Assembly: GCF_009914755.1 (NCBI RefSeq)
Contig: NC_060930.1
DNA: 64,000 nt
Strand: one strand, 5' to 3'
Source: the human T2T-CHM13v2.0 reference genome, Homo sapiens
This document shows, piece after piece, positions 56,355-64,000 of this stretch. The notes beneath the pieces were generated by a model. That model was not told the origin of the DNA. It saw only the letters and a list, made by a program, of their open reading frames with translations, and did no database searches. The translations under genes were made by a program, and so were the position numbers. Every line of letters begins with the position of its first letter. The stretch's first letter is position 1.

Positions 56355-56816
56355 TAAGGGAGGAGACCACCCCTCATATTGTCTTATGCCCAGTTTCTGC
56401 CTCCAAAGAAAGAAGAAGTTAAAACTAAAAGACAGAAATGAAATCCACAAGCAGACAGCTCGGCACCACACCCTGGGCCTGGTAGTTAAAGATCGGCCCC
56501 TGACTTAATCGGTTATGTTATCTATAAATTACATACATTGTATAGAAAAGCACTGTGAAAATCCCTGTCCTGTTCTGTTCCGTTCTAATTACCGGAGCAT
56601 GCAGCCCCCAGTCATGTACTCCCTGCTTGCTCAATCAATCACGACCCTCTCACACGGACCGCCTTAGAGTTGTAAGCCCTTAAGAAGGACAGGAATTGCT
56701 CACTCGAGAAGCTCAGTTTTTGAGATGTGAGTCTTGCTGAAGCTCCCGTCCGAATAAAGTCCTTCCTTCTTTAACTCTGTGTCTGAGGGGTTTTGTCTGC
56801 GGCTCGTCCTGCTACA
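56355..56816 (+). mobile_element. Solo LTR2 (HERV-E, ERV1)
   Basis: TAAGGGAGGAGACCACCCCTCATATTG...CTGCTACA; AATAAA at 56753-56758; 4-bp TSD AATC at 56351-56354 and 56817-56820. Confidence 0.93.
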
Positions 56817-56920
56817 AATCGATCTACTGTTTTTTCTAATTCATCTTAAAATAGATTGCAGACATTCATGTACTTCATCCCTAAATACTTTAGGGTGTAT
56901 ATTATAAGAGTTCAGCATTT

Positions 56921-57224
<304 letters not shown>

Positions 57225-57239
57225 TTACCATTTGTTTAC

Positions 57240-58743
<1,504 letters not shown>

Positions 58744-59877
58744 TAAATTCCAAAAAAGTGAACTTAACAGGCACTTTTAAATTAAAAAGTCCCTTGTGCA
58801 CTATGCCAGCGTTTGGTAATTGCCGTGTTTAGAGAACAGCACAGGCTGTCTTTGTTTCCTGTTGTTCATATTCTTCAGAGTCACACACTTCTTTCTACCT
58901 TAAAAAAATTCCCAACAGTGTCGAGCTCAAGGCCATGATTTAATGTCTTCATAATTATGAAATTCCTGTGAAAAGGGAAGGGAAAGATTGGGATAATCCT
59001 AGTGAACTCCTTAGGCTCTCTCTCCCTCTTTTACCCCAATTGTCTGCGTTTAGAAACAATCACCTACAGATCTTACAACATCTGTCAGAGAGGCTTAGTA
59101 AGGCCATTATCTTCCATGAGAAAAAGCAGACACAGGACTAAGGCACCTTGCCTAAGGCCACTGAGGAGAGCTTGGAACAGAAGCCAGTCCCCTATCAGGA
59201 GATCCCAGTTGCCTCTGAAATTCCACGATCAGAACAGGCAGAACACAAAAGAGAAATCCACTGAGGAGAGGAAATGTTTTCCCACAAAAGCAATTTCCTC
59301 CAATTTGTATTTCAGCAACAAATTTGTTTCCAGTTTCAGATGCCACTATTCAAAAATGACCTGTTGCCTTTTGATGATAATGGAACCTCTCTCATTCTTC
59401 AATGACTTGCTTGTAAATATTTATCAATACGGCTTGGCCCTTCGCCCCCTTTCTCTGGCTTTATTGTGGTGAGCCCCCAGCACCGCCAACATTTCTCAAA
59501 CCTTTGTGACTGTGTGTCTTTCACGTGGGTCTGTGTGCTTTCTCCTTTGGTCTATGAGGTGCTATAAACATTTACAACTGAACTGTCAACATGTATAAAT
59601 AAAGAACTGTAAATTTTTACAGTTCAGTGCCCTTTATTACGCTTTTATGCTCTTTCATGGATCCAGAAGATTTGCTTTATCTCCAGAAACTGAAGCAATA
59701 GATTAGATTACTTTAAACGTGTTACTTAGTCCCAGTTGCACTAACATCCTGAAATTGCCCCATTCCTATAATTAGATGTGTTTTCTCTTTAGTTAGGATA
59801 TGGTTTATTACTGACAGAAACAAAGTCTTGATTAAAATTTCAGTCATCCTCTCATTGTCAATTATAGTTGTCTAAGG

Positions 59878-60060
59878 CGGTAGTTCCAAAACTTTTAGCA
59901 GGTCTCGGAATTTCCTGGAGAACTTGTTAAACAAAGATGACGGAGCCCCACCTCCAGAGTTTCTGATTTCCGAAGTCTGTGATGGAGCTGGAAATTTGCA
60001 TTTCTAACAGCATCCCTAGGGATGTTGACGTTGCTTGGTTCAGGAACCTAAAGCATTGGT
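59878..60060 (+). mobile_element. MER5A (hAT-Charlie)
   Basis: 'cctggagaacttgttaaac...ccccacctccagagtttctgatt...aatttgcatttctaacag'. Confidence 0.8.
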
Positions 60061-61399
60061 TTGGTTCTTCCCCTTGAAGAAAACGAGGATATTTCCTTTT
60101 GGTTTGTATTTCAGCAAGTGATCACCTTATTCCTGCATGCTGAGCTTTGCAGAATCTTGAGGTTTTGTCTTCACAGAATGCAGGATTTGCCTCAGGCAAA
60201 ATTGGAGACTAAGCAACCCTCACACATGGACGAAGACACACCTCGAGGCAGCAGGGGTCCCGGCAAGCAGCCTGCCCAATCCCAGTGGCTCCCAGTAGTG
60301 CTGGGCCTCTGCTCTTTTGGTGAGGCCTCAGGAGAACATTCTCATTTGTTCTTTGCTTCCTCCACATCACCACCTATTCCTAGCCAGCTACTTTTGTAAC
60401 TTCCTCTGCAGGTATATGTTAATCAGGAGGCCTGACTTCTCACTCTAGTTCACCCTCCACAGCCCCAACTGTTAAGCAGACCTCAAGATTTACCCACACC
60501 ACAAGACTCAGCCGAAATCTTGCCCTCTCCTCCCACTTACACCCTGGAACTTTCAGCCGTTCTCCTATGGTCTGAGCACATCCTGATGACGTATCTCACT
60601 TAGAACATTCTCCTGTACTTTTCTGGTTAGTTCATCTCTTTAAAATTCAGGGCTCTTCTAAACAGACCAGTGCTCTATTTATGCCTATCACTCTGGGAGG
60701 TTACAGTCAATTAATTAAGGAAAAAGGGCAAGATAGAAAGGAGGAGGAAGAGGAAAGAAAGTTCTGCTTTCAGAAAATGTTATGCATTCTTTGAGGAGGG
60801 GGATAATATGGTCTCTGGGTGATTGGGGAAGGTGGTGTGGGGGCTGCTGAGTACTGTGACAAACTAAAAGGTTGATCCTCACAGCAACAGCAATGCAGCC
60901 CTGGGAGCAATGTTGCCTTAGGTCAAGGACATGGATGCAGCCCAACCAGAGAGGAAGACTGATAGCATAAGGACGCAGAGGTGTCCTTGTGCTTCTTATG
61001 GCTCTCTGGCACAGCTGTTAGGCCATGACAGTGGCAAGGGACTCTTTGGGGGGCTTTTATTGGAGGCTGAAGGACTTTGAGACTCAGGAAGGACATGGGA
61101 TAAGATAAAAACCGAGACAGGAATAATAGTGGCAAATAGAGAGTCATTCATCATTGGCTCACGCTGTGCCAGGGACTGTTCCAGGAGGTAGGCATGCAGT
61201 GGTGTTGGTTGGTTAAATTGAGGGTTATATAATAAAATAATATGTATTTATCTTTTCTTCATGTATGAATAGTATTAGGCTTTTCCTCAATATAAGCACA
61301 AAAATTATAGATTATTATCTAATTTATCTTTACTAGCATGCAATACATAAATGCTGAATTCATAAAATGCGATATATGTTTTTTGCTGCTTCCAAAAAT

Positions 61400-62115
61400 A
61401 TTTTAAAATATTTTTCTCATACAACTACTTTAGAAGACAGTTTGGCAGTTATTCTAAAGCTAAACATAGTCTTTCCATACAACCCAACAATCATACTCCT
61501 AAGTATTTACCAAAATGCGTTGAAAATGTATGTCCACATAAAAACCTGCACGCAACTGTTCATAGAAGTTTTATTCACAATTGCTAAATTGGTAAATGAA
61601 CAAACTGTGGGACATCCATACAATGGAATGTTATTCAGTGCTTTTAAAAAATGAGCTACCAAGCCACAAAAAGACATGGACGAATCTTCAAGGAATATTG
61701 GTAAGTGAAAGAAGCCAGCTTGAAAAGGCTGCATACTGTAATGATTCTAATTATGTGACATACTGGAAGAGGCAAAACTATTGAGACAGTAAAAAGATCA
61801 GTGGGTGCCAGGGGTACAGGGAGAGAGAGAAAAGAATAGGTGTAGTATAGAAGATTTTTAGAGTAGTGAAACTATTCTGTATGATAATGTAATGGTGGAC
61901 ACCTGTCATTATGCAATTGTCAAACCCCATGGAATATAAACACAAAGATAAATTGCAGACTTTAGTTAATAACAGTGTATCAATATTGGCTCATTAACTG
62001 TAACAAACATACCATAATAATGCAAAATGTTAATAATAGAAAAGGTGTATAGGAACTTTCTGTACTTTGTGTTCAATTTTTCTTTAAAACTAAAACTGCT
62101 CTAAAAAATAAAATA
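61400..62115 (+). mobile_element. L1MC1/2-type 3' fragment
   Basis: 'aatgagctaccaagccacaaaaagacatgg...gaaaaggctgcatactgta...aaaactgctctaaaaaataaa'. Confidence 0.85.
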
Positions 62116-62819
62116 TAAAATATGTAACAGGACAAAAAAAATCCCTCATTTTGTGCCATTACATTGTCAAAACATCTAGAGACCCATATTTTTTCCCAGT
62201 TCCCAATGCCTTGTTTTTTTTTTTTTTAAAAACTGCCTTTTTATTATATAACTATCTATTGGCAGAATATATTTCATTTCCCTTCCCCTAAGCGAAAGGA
62301 GATAATATTCAATGCTGCTTCCATGAAGACCTATGAAGAAGTCAATTCTATGAAATAAAACTCCTTCTGAATGAATTTATTACACACTGAGAGGAGAATG
62401 GGTTGGAAATTCACACGTACATAATACCATTCTTAGAGAATTTGGTCCATATAAATACAGTCTTGGCTGGTGGCTAGGGGGCTTTGGAAATAGCATATCC
62501 AAGAAATGTTCTAACTTCTTTGGTGGGATAAAGATGGAAGAAAAACATAATAGAAAGAAATTTTCTTTAATAAATTTTCATGTAAAAAGGTTTAGAAACT
62601 CTGGTTTCAAGATAATTGTGGAAATATACTTTTAAGACTGCTACTTAGCTTTTTGTTTTATAGTAACCTTAGGTTTTACAAAATGTCAAATTGACAGTCA
62701 GTTACAAGGAAGCCTATTTATAATAGTATAGTCCATTTTTATAGCACTTTTAACTTGCAAAGGGGCTTTTCATATATAACCTAATTTTATATTCACAATC
62801 ATCTCAGGAAAATCGTCAA

Positions 62820-63111
62820 TTTTTTAAATTTTTTATCTTTTGAGACAGAGTCTTGCTGTATCGCCCAGACCAGAGCCCAGTGGCGTGATCTCAGCTCACT
62901 GTAACCTCCGCCTCCCAGGTTCAAGCAATCCTCCCACCTCAGCCTCCTGAGTAGCTGGGATTACAGGCATGCACCACCAAAACCGGCTAATTTTTTGTAT
63001 TTTTAACAGAGATGTTACCTAGACTGGTCTCGAACTACTGGCCTCAAGTGATCCACCCGCCTCGGCCTCCCAAAGTGCTAGGATTATAGGCATGAGCCAC
63101 CACGTCTGGCC
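62820..63111 (-). mobile_element. Alu (old S/J), at the tail of the adjacent AluJ
   Basis: Antisense Alu with an internal deletion. Confidence 0.9.
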
Positions 63112-63116
63112 AAGAA

Positions 63117-63362
63117 TTTTTTTTTTTAGTCAGGGACTTGCTCTGATGCCCAGGCTGACATGATCCTCCCACTTCAGCCTCCTGAGGAGCCAGGACCACA
63201 GGTGTGCACCGCAATGCCCGGCTAATTTTTTTAAAATGTTTTTATAGAGATAGGGTCTCCCTGTGTTGGGCAGGCTGGACTCAAACTCCGGGCCTCAAGG
63301 GATCCTCCCACCTCAGCCTCCCAAAGCATTGAGATTACAAGTGTGTGGCTCTGCACCCAGCC
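63117..63362 (-). mobile_element. AluJ with right-arm deletion
   Basis: J-type 'ggcctcaagggatcctcccacctcagcc'. Confidence 0.85.
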
Positions 63363-64000
63363 TCTTCTAGATTCTTTCTTATAATCATGATGTCGGTAGA
63401 TGGGTCTGCTACCCTCCAAAACCAAACTGAGGTAGATGGATGTCTTTTCCTAAAGCCACTAAAAGTGAACCCTCTGGTAACTCTCAGTCCAAGATCATCC
63501 TGAAGATTTCTTACAAAAAATGAATCCTATTTTCTTCCTTACTTTCTGTCTTTGGCAGAAATCAAGTCTGCATATCAAATGCTTGAATAAAAAAAGAAAA
63601 AACCTTGTTTCTCATAGATCATAACCAGAGAAGAACACAGTGTTCAATGAAAGCAAAAATAAACAATCAGAAACATGCGTCTCTCAAAACAAAGCATAAA
63701 CTCTTTTGTCAGACATTGTTTCTCCCGTTGTGCTGTTTTATGTTTAGAAAGTGAATATAAATGTGTGTCCTCCTGTGTGTTTCCCTGTATACGTATGTTC
63801 TCCACTTTAGGGATGTCTCTCCTTGAGTCAATGGCTTAGGAAAAGATCCAAATGCAACATTGATCAAACTGATAGGATGTTGAAGAGCCTGCACATTGAG
63901 CTCATTTCTGGATGCTTTATTAGACAATACATTTTCTATACTGGCTGCAATGTGGAGTTACCATCAAATTCTATGGACACAATTGATGCCTTTTAGAGGC

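Noticed and set aside
59002-59472. 156-aa ORF in unique sequence
   Set aside because: GTG start, no recognisable domain, and no supporting promoter or splice evidence.

Overview
This is primate (very probably human or great-ape) AT-rich non-coding DNA, about half of it interspersed repeats. These include about 20 Alu/FLAM copies, a near full-length old L1PA13-15-type element, several truncated L1s, L2/MIR relics, MaLR and ERVL LTRs, a solo HERV-E LTR2, and MER2/MER5/MER45 DNA transposons. The only real coding sequence is a young, full-length, intronless retrocopy of RPL15 (44475-45196). It has an intact 204-codon ORF with one apparent substitution (A106V), a 5' TOP tract, a poly(A) tail, a perfect 15-bp target-site duplication (TSD) and one extra 5' G. 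From memory it may be RPL15P3 at 6p24, but I have not verified this. All other ORFs in the track are repeat-derived or unsupported. I found no convincing new multi-gene system. The best leads are the potentially expressible RPL15 retrogene, a fold-back inverted duplication at the L1 5' end, a template-switch triplication in a THE1D LTR, the solo LTR2, and a few candidate regulatory or splicing modules. Repeat family names come from recalled consensus sequences, and boundaries are approximate unless a TSD is quoted.
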